A stretch of 64,000 nt of DNA from an uncultured Clostridium sp. (lineage in GTDB: Bacteria; Bacillota; Clostridia; TANB77; CAG-508): NCBI GenBank assembly GCA_947087745.1, contig CAMUDX010000002.1:17151-81150 (forward strand). The letters are read 5' to 3'. Positions within the stretch are counted from its first letter, which is position 1. Every line of letters starts with the position of its first letter. Below are positions 52,280 to 62,879 of this stretch, in pieces. The position numbers were made by a program, and so were the translations under genes. Below the pieces are notes generated by a model. The model was not told where the DNA came from. It saw nothing but the letters and a program-made list of their open reading frames with translations, and did no database searches.

Positions 52280-53260
52280 TTAAAGTTCTCCTTTGATTTT
52301 TGTTATCTTATTTAAAAGCTTATTGTACTCCTCTCTACTAACACCTGTTCCTTCTAAAGACTTCTGATACTTTTTTTCTTCTTTAGATAGATATTCTTCT
52401 GGATCATCATAATATAATAATAATTCTAACATCAAACACTCTATTTCACATTCTGTATGCTTTTTATTTTTTATTGTAATACCTAATTTTTTTAATATCC
52501 TTTTCTCCTTAAAACTTAACATTTTTCTTATATTTAAAATCTCTAAATTATGATATTTTTCATCCCATTCTAAATATTTTTTATTTTCTAATTCTCTTTT
52601 TATTCTTTTTAATTCTGTATATATTTCTTCATAATCATTAACTGGTTTCTTTATATATCCTGCTACTTCTAGTCCACCATTTATAACATCACTTTTGTTA
52701 TCTGCAGATATAACTAAAAATGCAATATCTTTATTTTTGGCAAAATAACTCTTTATAATATCTAAACCTGTATATCTATGATTACGCATAAGGTCTGTTA
52801 TTACAATTTCTGGCTTTAATTCTTCGATCATTTTTATTTCATCTTCATCACTATTAGCAATTCCTAATATTTCTATATCTTCATATTTTTCTAAAAATTC
52901 TTTTATAAATTTGCATATATGAATATTGTCATCTGCAATTATGATTTTAATTTTTCTACTCAATTTAATCTTTCCTTCCATTATTTCATTATTTATTTTC
53001 ACTATTGTTTCTTTAGCAGCAATAGTAAATATCTCCTTTAAATTTGTCTTTAAATAATTATTGGTATCCTCTACATATCCAAATATTTCTTCATATAATT
53101 TCTTTTTTGTTTCAGTATCAAAGTTATTATTTTCTTCAATATTCTGTAATATTTGATTTATTCTCTTTTGTTTATTACAGTTTAAAATTTTTAATAATAA
53201 TTCATCAAAATCTTGTTCTTCACAAATCTCATCTATTAAATCAAATTTTATCTCTTTCAT
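52280..53260 (-). CDS. receiver (REC) domain protein with uncharacterised N- and C-terminal regions
   Basis: Central KIIIADDNIHICKFIKEF...EIVITDLMRNHRYTGLDIIKSY...AFLVISADNKSD...GYIKKP has the CheY-like acidic pocket, phospho-acceptor Asp, T/S and K. Confidence 0.6.
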   Translation of the reverse strand: MKEIKFDLIDEICEEQDFDELLLKILNCNKQKRINQILQNIEENNNFDTETKKKLYEEIFGYVEDTNNYLKTNLKEIFTIAAKETIVKINNEIMEGKIKLSRKIKIIIADDNIHICKFIKEFLEKYEDIEILGIANSDEDEIKMIEELKPEIVITDLMRNHRYTGLDIIKSYFAKNKDIAFLVISADNKSDVINGGLEVAGYIKKPVNDYEEIYTELKRIKRELENKKYLEWDEKYHNLEILNIRKMLSFKEKRILKKLGITIKNKKHTECEIECLMLELLLYYDDPEEYLSKEEKKYQKSLEGTGVSREEYNKLLNKITKIKGEL

Positions 53261-53374
53261 TTTTCCCTACTTTATAAAATTTTCTTTTCTTGATAGAAAT
53301 AGTCTACCAAGATTGGTAAATAAATATTGTAAAATATACAATAATAATTAATGTTGGAAAGGAAACTACTATAT

Positions 53375-53632
53375 ATGCAAGTTAAAAAGTTAAATGGTAA
53401 ATCTAATGTTATTGGTAGAAATATTAAAAAGTATAGAGAATTGCGTGGCTTAACTCAAAGAGAACTGTCTAATAAAATAGCTTTACTTGGTATAGATATT
53501 TATCATTCAGACATTTCTCAAATTGAAAATCAAAAATTATTGTTAAAAGACTTTGAAATTATTGCATTTTGCAAAGTTCTAAATGTATCTTATGAACAAT
53601 TATTTGAAAATACCGATAACTTATTTGATTAA
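53375..53632 (+). CDS. XRE-family HTH transcriptional regulator
   Basis: IGRNIKKYRELRGLTQRELSNKIAL...SQIENQK is a Cro/C1-type HTH. Start taken at the internal MQVKKLNG. Confidence 0.7.
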   Translation: MQVKKLNGKSNVIGRNIKKYRELRGLTQRELSNKIALLGIDIYHSDISQIENQKLLLKDFEIIAFCKVLNVSYEQLFENTDNLFD

Positions 53633-53867
53633 TTATTATTATTTTACAATGACATCTAAAATTATACTGTTTCGTATTTTTTAGTTAAATAAATGTTAAA
53701 GAATATGGTTTCATATTCTTTTATTTTTATCCATTACTATATTAACATATCTTATATTATAAATCAATATTTTATTTTACTTTTGCTTTTTTTCTAATAT
53801 ATGTTTGTTTTATTTCTGCCATAATTCTTATATTATTTTTATATAAGAAAGGGGGATTACTTATTCT

Positions 53868-54218
53868 ATGAAAAATGCAAAATCTTTAAAAAATATAGGA
53901 AACAATATTCAAATAGCTAGATTGAAAAAAGGATTAACACAAGAAGCTCTTTCTGAAAAATGTAATGTTTCAACTAAATATATAAGTGCAATAGAACGTG
54001 GAATATCCTCTGGAAGTATTTCACTTATAATTGATATTTGTAATGCTTTAGATGTAACACCTAATTATATTTTTAATAATACCATTAAAAATTCTAATGA
54101 TAATGTTGATATATTTCCTGTTGAAACTTCTTCAATTTACTTGAAATTAAAATCTGAGAATAAAAAATTTGTCGAAACTACAATACAACATTTATATTCT
54201 ATGCAAAATAAAAGATAA
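53868..54218 (+). CDS. XRE-family HTH transcriptional regulator
   Basis: IGNNIQIARLKKGLTQEALSEKCNVSTKYISAIERG is a Cro/C1 HTH. RBS AAGGGGGA upstream. Confidence 0.7.
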   Translation: MKNAKSLKNIGNNIQIARLKKGLTQEALSEKCNVSTKYISAIERGISSGSISLIIDICNALDVTPNYIFNNTIKNSNDNVDIFPVETSSIYLKLKSENKKFVETTIQHLYSMQNKR

Positions 54219-54242
54219 ATTTTTTGTATATATAATTAAGAA

Positions 54243-54285
54243 AAATCCGTATACTAAGCTTCATACGGATTTTTTATTATATATT
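54243..54285. terminator. bidirectional rho-independent terminator
   Basis: 12-bp stem aaaaatccgtat/atacggattttt with A/T runs on both sides, between the convergent HTH gene and the 54288..54515 gene. Confidence 0.65.
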
Positions 54286-54287
54286 TC

Positions 54288-54515
54288 TTACTTATTTCCT
54301 TTTACTAAAGTATTTAAAATACTACTATACTGATTACTTAATTTGGCAATATCTCCATTTTTAGTACTATGCGACATAATAAATTCTTCTATTTCTAATT
54401 CGCACTTTTTCAATTCTTCTTTGTTGTAATCTATATCTTCTACATTTATTCCTGCATTACTTAATAATTTTATATCTTCTTTTGAAAACTGCTTCATTAA
54501 ATTCATTTTCTTCAT
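54288..54515 (-). CDS. hypothetical small protein
   Basis: 75-aa ORF; overlaps the upstream ORF by 59 nt. Confidence 0.3.
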   Translation of the reverse strand: MKKMNLMKQFSKEDIKLLSNAGINVEDIDYNKEELKKCELEIEEFIMSHSTKNGDIAKLSNQYSSILNTLVKGNK

Positions 54516-54783
54516 TCTCCTTTTCCTTTATTGCTACCATAAGTTCATTGTCCTGTACTGTTCTATTTGCATTTTTATATGTAAATTTTGCACCTGTGAA
54601 ATAAACTTTATAATATAAGCCCTCTAATCTTGTTTTGCATAATGCTAAAAATTTGTCAACTTGTTCTTCTGATAAGTTGTGCTTAACTCTTAATTCATAG
54701 AAAGTAAAGACAATTTCATTTTCGTTTATTATCATTTTTTCATTGATAAGATTTTCTACAAATTGTGTTGTCATTGTTTCCAC
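54457..54783 (-). CDS. hypothetical protein
   Basis: 108-aa ORF downstream of the CHAP gene. Confidence 0.35.
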   Translation of the reverse strand: METMTTQFVENLINEKMIINENEIVFTFYELRVKHNLSEEQVDKFLALCKTRLEGLYYKVYFTGAKFTYKNANRTVQDNELMVAIKEKENEENEFNEAVFKRRYKIIK

Positions 54784-54892
54784 TCCATTCTGTATTGCAT
54801 TATATCATTTATTTTTCATTTTGTCTTTAAAAAACAAAAAAATCGCAGAAGAAATACTTATTTTTTATAAGTACCTCTTCTGCTTATTTTTA

Positions 54893-56497
54893 TTAGTACA
54901 TTGGTGTTCCATACCCTAAAATATCTAAACTATTTATGTTATAATCTCTCCTGCAACAACTATCACTTGAATTTCCTTCTATTGTATAAACTCTTCCATT
55001 TTCTGTTTTTTCTACTATGCCTACATGATCTGCTTGTCCACTTCTTACTCCTGTGTCCTTATCTGCCCAGTCAAAGAAAATTATATCCCCTGGTTTTGGA
55101 GTGAAACCTTTTTCTTTCCAAAGTCCACAAGTTCTAAACCAGTCAACACCCTCGCTCTGACATCCTGCAAATTTTGGAATTAGTCCTGCTTCAATGTAGC
55201 CACATTCATTGGCACACCACGAAACAAAACAAGCACACCATTCTACACGAGAATCAAAACCATACCAACTCCAATAAGGTTGTCCTCCAACATTTCCTAT
55301 TTGTGAAGCTGCAACTAGCACAATGTCATTGCTCCCAACAGATGAGCCATATATTACTGATGCCCACATATTAGCATATTTATTGTCTGTCAATTCTTGT
55401 AATTGTTTTCTTTGTTCTTGACTAAAATTGTATTTGTCTGCCATCTCATTTGCTGTTTTGCCTGTTATCGTAATATGCAACTTAACTTTTGTTACTGTTA
55501 CTCTATCAGTAGATGTTAAGCCTATTCTTATTTCTTCATGACTTTCTTCATCTTTTGTAAATGATATTTCATTCATTTCCCAAAAAATCTCTTTTAGAAG
55601 ATTAACCTTTTCATCATTTAAGGTTATAACATCTGCTTCATTATTACCATTGCTTAATTTAACTGTATATATTGCTAAAACATCTTTCCATTCGGCTCTA
55701 TGAGAATTTATATCGTACTCATCATAAGGATTATCTTTCTGTATTTGTGTTATCTTATTCATAAACTCTGTATTTAAGTCTGCTATTACTTGATTCATTG
55801 TTACTACTTGTTGTTGCCCATTTATAGTTATTGTGCTACCTGTATCTTCGCTTGAAAAGAAGATACCAAAAATTGAACTAACTAGCATTGCTATTAAGCA
55901 AACTACAATTATAATTAAAACAACGATCCAGCCACCTGCTACTAAAAATGCAATTAGTGCTTTTGTTGCAACTATAATAGCTTTTATTGCTGCTATTGTT
56001 GCTTTTATTCCTACTTTTATCGCCTTTACTGTTGCTTTAGCTGTTGCCTTTGCCATTTGTATTGCTCTTTTAGTGGCTTTGGCTGTTGTTTTTGCTACTT
56101 GTTTTGTTGTTTTAACTGTTCTGTCTGCTGTTTTTATTCCTTTTTTTGTAGTCTTTGTTGCATTTTTCATTTGTTTTACTACTTTTTTGGCATGATTTTT
56201 CTTTTTTATCGTTTTCATTTTTTGATTTACATTTTGTATATTTTGTACTGTTTTGTCAAAATTCTTCTTGCCATATTTATTAAGTCTGTAAACATTATTA
56301 GGAAGATTACTTGCTGTTTTTGATATTTTATTTATTGCGTATTCTGTTCCATTATTACTTGTTTCTTCTTGGTATGTTTCTTTTGTTTTGTCTTTTGCTT
56401 GTACTAATCTGTCTTTCATTTTTTCTGTTCCAACTACTGCTTTGTTAATTGTTTTTATTGTTCCTTTTTTACTCTGTTTAACTTTAATATCTGCCAA
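54893..56497 (-). CDS. conjugative-element cell-wall hydrolase with C-terminal CHAP (NlpC/P60-like) domain (Tn916 Orf14-like)
   Basis: K/T/A-rich N-terminal region and a TM helix. The C-terminus has SWYGFDSRVEWCACFVSWC...HVGIV, a CHAP-type Cys/His pair. Confidence 0.7.
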   Translation of the reverse strand: MADIKVKQSKKGTIKTINKAVVGTEKMKDRLVQAKDKTKETYQEETSNNGTEYAINKISKTASNLPNNVYRLNKYGKKNFDKTVQNIQNVNQKMKTIKKKNHAKKVVKQMKNATKTTKKGIKTADRTVKTTKQVAKTTAKATKRAIQMAKATAKATVKAIKVGIKATIAAIKAIIVATKALIAFLVAGGWIVVLIIIVVCLIAMLVSSIFGIFFSSEDTGSTITINGQQQVVTMNQVIADLNTEFMNKITQIQKDNPYDEYDINSHRAEWKDVLAIYTVKLSNGNNEADVITLNDEKVNLLKEIFWEMNEISFTKDEESHEEIRIGLTSTDRVTVTKVKLHITITGKTANEMADKYNFSQEQRKQLQELTDNKYANMWASVIYGSSVGSNDIVLVAASQIGNVGGQPYWSWYGFDSRVEWCACFVSWCANECGYIEAGLIPKFAGCQSEGVDWFRTCGLWKEKGFTPKPGDIIFFDWADKDTGVRSGQADHVGIVEKTENGRVYTIEGNSSDSCCRRDYNINSLDILGYGTPMY

Positions 56498-56508
56498 ACA
56501 AACACCTC

Positions 56509-59500
56509 CTAATTGTTTATTTCTCTTGCAATAACTACTAATCTTCCGTTTTTATTGCTATATTCACAAGTAGAAAGTGTAATAAATTTATCATGATATT
56601 TTGGTTTTATATTTGTTTCATAAAATGATAATTCTTTACACTTATTTACAAATGTATTGAACTCATCTTCATTACTAAAATTCACAAAATTATAATATTT
56701 AAAAGTATTTTTGCTATATACCACTGTTTTGAATACTGCAAAAATTTCGTATTTTTTCATTTCTTCCAATGTTGTAAAGTCTATAATCTTATGATTTTCG
56801 TAAAATTCTTTTGATTTATAATTTTCTAATGCACCAAATACTTTTTTATGATTCATGTGATGCCCATATATTACAAGATTATCACTTGTGTTTATATTGC
56901 ATTCTTCTGACATATAAGGTGTTCCATAAGATGAATACTTTTTATAAAAATCTCTATGCAAGTAATAGTTAGGATTACTTTTTGTCTGCATTATTGGATA
57001 GTTTATTGTTGTATCATTTATTTTTAACCAACCTACAATATCACTATTGATAGCATATAAGTTATCTATATTTATTACTGTTTCTTCTTGTTTTTTATCT
57101 TCTGGATTTGTTTGTTCTACTATTTCAATTAGTTCTTCAAAATTGTTTTCTTGTTCTTTATTTTGTTTCAATTCTTTATAAATACAATAACTGCTAATAA
57201 GAATTGAACTTATTAGCAGCATAATACAAAATACATATAATATTTTTTTCACTATGCGACACCCTCTCCGTGGTTTGGTTGTCATTAGTTTGTATAACTC
57301 TGTATTTCGTGGGAATCTATTTACAAATGGTATTAGTGAACTTCCTATTTTTATTAGCCCTTCTCCTGCATTTACATTTGTAATATAGCTCATTTGTAAG
57401 TCTGATATATTTAATAATTTTGCAAGCTCTACTCTATCTGTACTAGCTTGATTTAACATGATAATAAGCTCACTATTTGCTAGCATTGTTCTTGCTGTAT
57501 GACTTTGTAACATATCTTCCACATTTTGCGTTATTCCCGTACAATATGCTCCATATTTACGAACTCTTTTCCATAAAGTGAATAAGAAGTTTGCTGAATA
57601 TTCATATTGGAATAACAAGTAAATTTCATCAATAAAAATAAAGGTATTTCTACCTTTTGACCTATTCATTGTTATTCTATTCAAAATCGAATCTAGCACT
57701 ACTAACATTCCAATAGGTAGTAGTTGCTTTCCTAAATCTAAAATGTCATAACACACTAAACGATTATGTGTATCAACATTTGTAGGTTTTGCAAAAGTGT
57801 TCAAACTACCATTTACAAACAATTCAATAGCAAGTGCTATTTCTTTTGCTTCTGGCTCTTGCTGTTTTAATAGTTCTTCATAGAAATCTTGTAGTGTAGG
57901 TGGTGTTCCTTGATAATTTCCTTGTTGGTAATATCTATATACACTTGCTGTGCATCTGTCTATTATAGATTTTTGTTTTGCACCTAAATTATTACTGCCT
58001 ACTAGTTGTTCGCATAGTGAAAGTATGAACTCTGATTTTAATATGATAGGATTTGCTCCATCTCCATAATCTTTGTTCATGTCCATAGCATTGATATGAT
58101 TTCCACTTGTTGCTGATATTTTTATTACTTCTCCACCTAACGATTTTACAAGTGAACTTGCTTCCCTTTCTGGATCTACAATTATCACATCTGCGTTAGG
58201 ATCTTTTAACATTATAGAAACTATTTCTTCTTTTGCTATGAAACTCTTTCCACTACCACTAACACCTAGAATAAAGCTATTTCCGTTCAATAATTGCTTT
58301 CTATCTGCAATAATCATATTTTTGCTAATAACATTTTGCCCATAGTATATTCCGTTTTCGTGTCGTATCTCTTGTACTCGAAATGGCATAAATACTGCAA
58401 GCGATTCTGTTGTAAGTGTTCTTAAAGTATCAATTTTTCTTACTCCAAAAGGCATAGCTGTATTTAAGCCATCAAGTTGCTGAAATTTTAGCACACCGAA
58501 CTGACATAAATGCTTTCTTGCTATTGTTAGCAATGCCTCTGTGTCATTGTCTAGTTCTTCTTTGCTTTCTGCTGTATGCACCATTGTAAGAACTGATATA
58601 AACATTCTTTGATCACGAGTTATTAAGTCATCTAAAAACTCTTTGCTTTGTTCTCTTTGTTGCTCCATGTCATAAGGAATAATGGCTGAAAAGTTATTAT
58701 TGGCATTTTGTCGCCTTTGCCAATTAGTTATGTTTGTTTCTATTCCTAATCTTCTATTCTCTGCTTCTCTAACTGCCTCATCCATAGGTATTGGTATAAC
58801 ATCTATACTCATCATCATATTTTTATTTATATCTGTTAATTCTGCTACCATACTGTCCTTAATATAGCTTGCATACTCTTTCAAGAATATAACTCTGCCA
58901 TATCTATTTCCAATTTTGAAATAATCGCTTTCAAATTCCATAGAATCTGGACAAATAAAATCCTTAAAGCTATGTCCTTTTCTCATATTAGTTATCATAT
59001 CAAAATTGAATGATGTTTCTTCTCCTACTCTATAAAAGTCATGGAATATTCTTAATCTTTCTACTGCATCTAATTCAATACATATAGAGCCTAATTCTTT
59101 AAAGTGGTTTATTAAGTCCGTTCCTACTCTTGCAAAATAATTCTTTGCTTCTTCTATACTTTTTTTATCAACTGATATTGTTATAAACTTCTCTTGTATT
59201 ATACCATTTGAGGCTGTTGCCTTATCTAACAACATTTTATTATATTCTTTTCTAAATTTATCTAACTCATCATTTTCCATAGGTAATAGCATAGTTTCTT
59301 CAAAGTCAATTTTATTTAATCTTCTATTGATTATAGTTATTTTAGTAGTAGCACCTGTATCAAATGAATTTAATAACTCTGAATATTCTAAAAACATTGC
59401 TTCTTTATCATCTCTACTTGCTACTGCATAATTTATATCACTAAATTTATAACATTTTGAATACTTATTTTTTCCAATAAAAAAGATGCCATCTTCCCAT

Positions 59501-59589
59501 ATTGCCTTAATAGGAATGGCATCTTGCACACTTCGTGGTATGACAAACTTTTCTTTGTCTTGTTTGAATAATTTATTTAATGTTTTCAA
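56509..59589 (-). CDS. VirB4-family conjugative transfer ATPase (Tn916 Orf16/TcpF-like), in-frame with a C-terminal TM segment and a sortase B-like domain
   Basis: Walker A GVSGSGKS, Walker B FIFIDEIY. After ~780 aa comes a TM stretch, then a sortase signature (YPIMQ...VIYGHHM...TLSTCEY...R). An internal GTG with a GGAGAGGG RBS at ~57237 could start a separate srtB-like gene. Confidence 0.7.
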   Translation of the reverse strand: MKTLNKLFKQDKEKFVIPRSVQDAIPIKAIWEDGIFFIGKNKYSKCYKFSDINYAVASRDDKEAMFLEYSELLNSFDTGATTKITIINRRLNKIDFEETMLLPMENDELDKFRKEYNKMLLDKATASNGIIQEKFITISVDKKSIEEAKNYFARVGTDLINHFKELGSICIELDAVERLRIFHDFYRVGEETSFNFDMITNMRKGHSFKDFICPDSMEFESDYFKIGNRYGRVIFLKEYASYIKDSMVAELTDINKNMMMSIDVIPIPMDEAVREAENRRLGIETNITNWQRRQNANNNFSAIIPYDMEQQREQSKEFLDDLITRDQRMFISVLTMVHTAESKEELDNDTEALLTIARKHLCQFGVLKFQQLDGLNTAMPFGVRKIDTLRTLTTESLAVFMPFRVQEIRHENGIYYGQNVISKNMIIADRKQLLNGNSFILGVSGSGKSFIAKEEIVSIMLKDPNADVIIVDPEREASSLVKSLGGEVIKISATSGNHINAMDMNKDYGDGANPIILKSEFILSLCEQLVGSNNLGAKQKSIIDRCTASVYRYYQQGNYQGTPPTLQDFYEELLKQQEPEAKEIALAIELFVNGSLNTFAKPTNVDTHNRLVCYDILDLGKQLLPIGMLVVLDSILNRITMNRSKGRNTFIFIDEIYLLFQYEYSANFLFTLWKRVRKYGAYCTGITQNVEDMLQSHTARTMLANSELIIMLNQASTDRVELAKLLNISDLQMSYITNVNAGEGLIKIGSSLIPFVNRFPRNTELYKLMTTKPRRGCRIVKKILYVFCIMLLISSILISSYCIYKELKQNKEQENNFEELIEIVEQTNPEDKKQEETVINIDNLYAINSDIVGWLKINDTTINYPIMQTKSNPNYYLHRDFYKKYSSYGTPYMSEECNINTSDNLVIYGHHMNHKKVFGALENYKSKEFYENHKIIDFTTLEEMKKYEIFAVFKTVVYSKNTFKYYNFVNFSNEDEFNTFVNKCKELSFYETNIKPKYHDKFITLSTCEYSNKNGRLVVIAREINN

Positions 59590-59971
59590 TACTTTGCGAA
59601 TCCTCCTTGTTTTTAATTTTTCTCTCTTTTTTTACTTTTCTATTTTCTATATTTTTCAAATCTTCGTAGTATAAGTTTATTGGCTTGAAAGTTAATCTTT
59701 TAGGCGTAAGTATCATTGATTTAATCCAAGCTGCAACGAACTTTTCTGCTGTCATTCCATTATATTTAATAAAACCTAGTGCTGCGAATGGTGCTGCACC
59801 TAATATGCAAACCCATGACAGTGTTTCAATTCCACAATAAGGTTTCAATAAAAAATATAGAATAACAGCTACTACACAAGCACATATAGAAAAAATGAAC
59901 TGCCTTAATGACAGTCCAAAAAATATGCTTTCCGTATATTCTCTTATTTCTCTATTGATTTTTACTTCCAA
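59573..59971 (-). CDS. PrgI/VirB3-like small membrane protein (Tn916 Orf17-like)
   Basis: Two TM helices; position immediately upstream of VirB4, overlapping it. Confidence 0.5.
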   Translation of the reverse strand: MEVKINREIREYTESIFFGLSLRQFIFSICACVVAVILYFLLKPYCGIETLSWVCILGAAPFAALGFIKYNGMTAEKFVAAWIKSMILTPKRLTFKPINLYYEDLKNIENRKVKKERKIKNKEDSQSIENIK

Positions 59972-60790
59972 TTATCGTGCCTCTCTTCCTTTTTTATTTC
60001 TATTAAAACTTTCTACTATTTCAATTTTAGTATTTTCTTTTATAGACATATCTGGCTCTCCATAAAAGTTATTATTACTAGAAGTATGCAAGTCCATTTC
60101 TCCTATTCCCAAATTAGTATCTTTGTATATTGTTCCCTTTTCATCTTTATAAACAGGTCTGTCCCAGTTATCAATTCCAATAAATTTTATCTTTAATATT
60201 TTTTCTTTTAATTCTGGCTTTCTTATGCTTACTTTTATATCTTTTACATTACATTTGTTTTCTTCTGCTAATTGCTTAATAGTTGATTCTCGTTCTCCTG
60301 CAAATTCATTAAGGAAATCATAAGATAAAACTTCTTTTCCATTTATAGAAAAAACTACTTCTTTCGTTACTTCTTGATAAATTTGTTCTGGAGTCATATT
60401 TACATCTACAACTCCATCAAAAATGTGCTTCCCATTTTTCGTTATTTCACACCAAGTTCCCTCTTTATGAATTGAATAGCCATTTATTACTTTATGGCTA
60501 TTTTCATTTACTTTTTCTTTTGGATTATCTTGTAATTGCTCTATTGTATATACTTCTGTATTTCTAGCTGAAAATTCCTCAAAATCTATAAAATTATTGT
60601 AGTATTTATTGCCAAATTTTAATTCCTTATCTGTAATAATAGAGCCTATTCTATTTACTAAAACACTTTTCTCAATAGTTGCAATTTCTCCACCCTCATC
60701 ACTATGTCTTAAATCATAGCAATATAAGCCTTTACTTTCTATTTCCTGTTTTTCTGCATTATCTTTGTAACTTGTAACTAAATATTTCAT
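59972..60790 (-). CDS. hypothetical protein in the conjugation module
   Basis: 272-aa ORF, tightly packed with its neighbours. Confidence 0.4.
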   Translation of the reverse strand: MKYLVTSYKDNAEKQEIESKGLYCYDLRHSDEGGEIATIEKSVLVNRIGSIITDKELKFGNKYYNNFIDFEEFSARNTEVYTIEQLQDNPKEKVNENSHKVINGYSIHKEGTWCEITKNGKHIFDGVVDVNMTPEQIYQEVTKEVVFSINGKEVLSYDFLNEFAGERESTIKQLAEENKCNVKDIKVSIRKPELKEKILKIKFIGIDNWDRPVYKDEKGTIYKDTNLGIGEMDLHTSSNNNFYGEPDMSIKENTKIEIVESFNRNKKGREAR

Positions 60791-60793
60791 ATT

Positions 60794-61384
60794 TTATCTA
60801 GCCTCCATTGCTCTTTTTACTTTCTTTTCTTCTCTTTTTTGCAGTTCTTTCGCAGTATCTAAATAATATGATGCTAGCTTTAAAAATCGACCATATTGAA
60901 AATCGCCTTTCATTTCGTTCATAATATTATTTATTATTTCAGTTATTTGTTTTGCTTTTAATGGCTTTTTCCAAACTCTTTCTAATTCTTTTTGTTGTTT
61001 TTCTGTACCGAATTTTAGATTCAAAGGAGTATCACTAATATATTTTAGTTCTACTAAACTTTTTGCTAATGCTTCTCTATATTCTGTGTCTAAATCACGA
61101 TCACAAATAGACATTTCAATATCTTCTATTGTAACTGCACCATAATCTACATATATGTTCTCAATTTTATATTTTTCTTTAAATTCCTTTTGACTATATA
61201 CTCTATCTTCGCTTCCATCATCTTTTCCCTCAAATACTGCTACTTTTTTGTCTTTTGTTATAATAGCACATCCTTCTTGTTCTGTTTCTTTGTTTGTAAC
61301 TATCATATAATAATCTGTTCTTTCGCCTACAAAGTTTTTTATAAACTGTTTTGCTTTTTCTAAATTCCAACTATTACCTGTCAT
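60794..61384 (-). CDS. hypothetical protein in the conjugation module
   Basis: 196-aa ORF. Confidence 0.4.
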   Translation of the reverse strand: MTGNSWNLEKAKQFIKNFVGERTDYYMIVTNKETEQEGCAIITKDKKVAVFEGKDDGSEDRVYSQKEFKEKYKIENIYVDYGAVTIEDIEMSICDRDLDTEYREALAKSLVELKYISDTPLNLKFGTEKQQKELERVWKKPLKAKQITEIINNIMNEMKGDFQYGRFLKLASYYLDTAKELQKREEKKVKRAMEAR

Positions 61385-61391
61385 AAAATTC

Positions 61392-62267
61392 CTACCTTTC
61401 CATGCTTTTTTCTGGTATAAGTTTCATTTTCCTTTTTAAACTCTCTTTATATTCTTCTTGTATCTTTTGATAAATTTGCTCTAAATAAATCCCCATTTTT
61501 GTGCTACATCTCTTATTTTCATCTGTTATTTTATAAAAGCAATCCCTTGTTTTGAAGTTATAACTTTTTAATCTATTGTTTATAAAGCCTTGTGTTGCTA
61601 GTGGTATTTTTATTCCATATAGTTTTGCTAAATATAGAATATTATTTTGTATCGTTCTACCACTATATTTATCATCTTTATAAAACTCAAAATCCTCAAC
61701 TGAAACCATTTCTCCAATAAAGATTTTATATTTCATTTCTTTTAATGCTTTTTTGAATCTATCATTTACAGCTTTTATCTTTTCTTGTTCTTTTCGTTCC
61801 TGTTCTTGACTTTCTTGTTCTTGTTTTCTATTTCTATTTTCTTCAAATGTTCTTCTACTTTCTTTTGCTTGTTCATAAATCTCTGGAAAGTGCCTATGGA
61901 TATATTCTAATTCACATTTATTAAAGTATTTATTTTGTTCTATTTTCTTTTGCCAGAATCCTTTTAAATCAATATTTTTATAAGCATTTGTTATATCTTT
62001 TTTATATTCTTCAATTCTAGTTTGTTCTTCATTTTCTATAACTTCATTGTTTACAAATAGCTGAAATTTAATAGGTGCTATTCCTAATTTCCAATATTCA
62101 TCGTTCTTGTCCTTAATTAGAAAATCTTGAGCATAAAAGTCTTTTTCTTCTTTTAATATTGAGATTTCTATATCATTAAAATTGATTGATACTACTTTTT
62201 TATTTTTACAAGTCAATTCATTATTCTCAATGTGCCATACTCTCGCTATTTTTGTTTGTTCTTGCAA
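61392..62267 (-). CDS. hypothetical protein in the conjugation module
   Basis: 291-aa ORF. Confidence 0.4.
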   Translation of the reverse strand: MQEQTKIARVWHIENNELTCKNKKVVSINFNDIEISILKEEKDFYAQDFLIKDKNDEYWKLGIAPIKFQLFVNNEVIENEEQTRIEEYKKDITNAYKNIDLKGFWQKKIEQNKYFNKCELEYIHRHFPEIYEQAKESRRTFEENRNRKQEQESQEQERKEQEKIKAVNDRFKKALKEMKYKIFIGEMVSVEDFEFYKDDKYSGRTIQNNILYLAKLYGIKIPLATQGFINNRLKSYNFKTRDCFYKITDENKRCSTKMGIYLEQIYQKIQEEYKESLKRKMKLIPEKSMER

Positions 62268-62269
62268 TT

Positions 62270-62830
62270 TTATCTCTCCCTATCTCTATTTTTTCTTTTA
62301 TTCTTTTTATCTGGCTGATAATATTTCATAATGTTATCTGTCATTTTCGTACCACAGGCTTTATCTATTCTCTCTTTAGTGATATTGTTAGCTTTACAAT
62401 ATTTTAAATATTTTTGCATTCCTTCTTTATATCTAATATCGTATGGATACCATGCTTCAACTTGACTCCATATCGCATAATGTGCCTGCATACTTACTTT
62501 TCCTATTTCATGTCCATTTTGCACAAATTTAAAGAAATAGTCATCAAAATTAAAATTGTAATAATCTATATGTTGAAATTTGAGTGATTTGGTCTTTATA
62601 TAGGGTTTTACTAAGAGTGCATCTTCTTGCCTTTCATCTGCACATATTGCAAAAGACTCTTGTGGTCGATTTGTGTTAATTAAATAACATACTGGATAAG
62701 CATTATTAAAATGGAAATTTTCACTCAACATCTTTTTAATAGTGCTATCTTTCAAAATTTTCTTTACATCTTTTTCTATACTATTTCTTACTCCATCAAC
62801 TGTATTTGCTTTGTTTTCTTCAATTTTCAT
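62270..62830 (-). CDS. hypothetical protein in the conjugation module
   Basis: 186-aa ORF. Confidence 0.4.
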   Translation of the reverse strand: MKIEENKANTVDGVRNSIEKDVKKILKDSTIKKMLSENFHFNNAYPVCYLINTNRPQESFAICADERQEDALLVKPYIKTKSLKFQHIDYYNFNFDDYFFKFVQNGHEIGKVSMQAHYAIWSQVEAWYPYDIRYKEGMQKYLKYCKANNITKERIDKACGTKMTDNIMKYYQPDKKNKRKNRDRER

Positions 62831-62879
62831 ATTTTTCCTTTCTTTTTTATAATCCTAGCATTTCTCTTACTAATCTATC

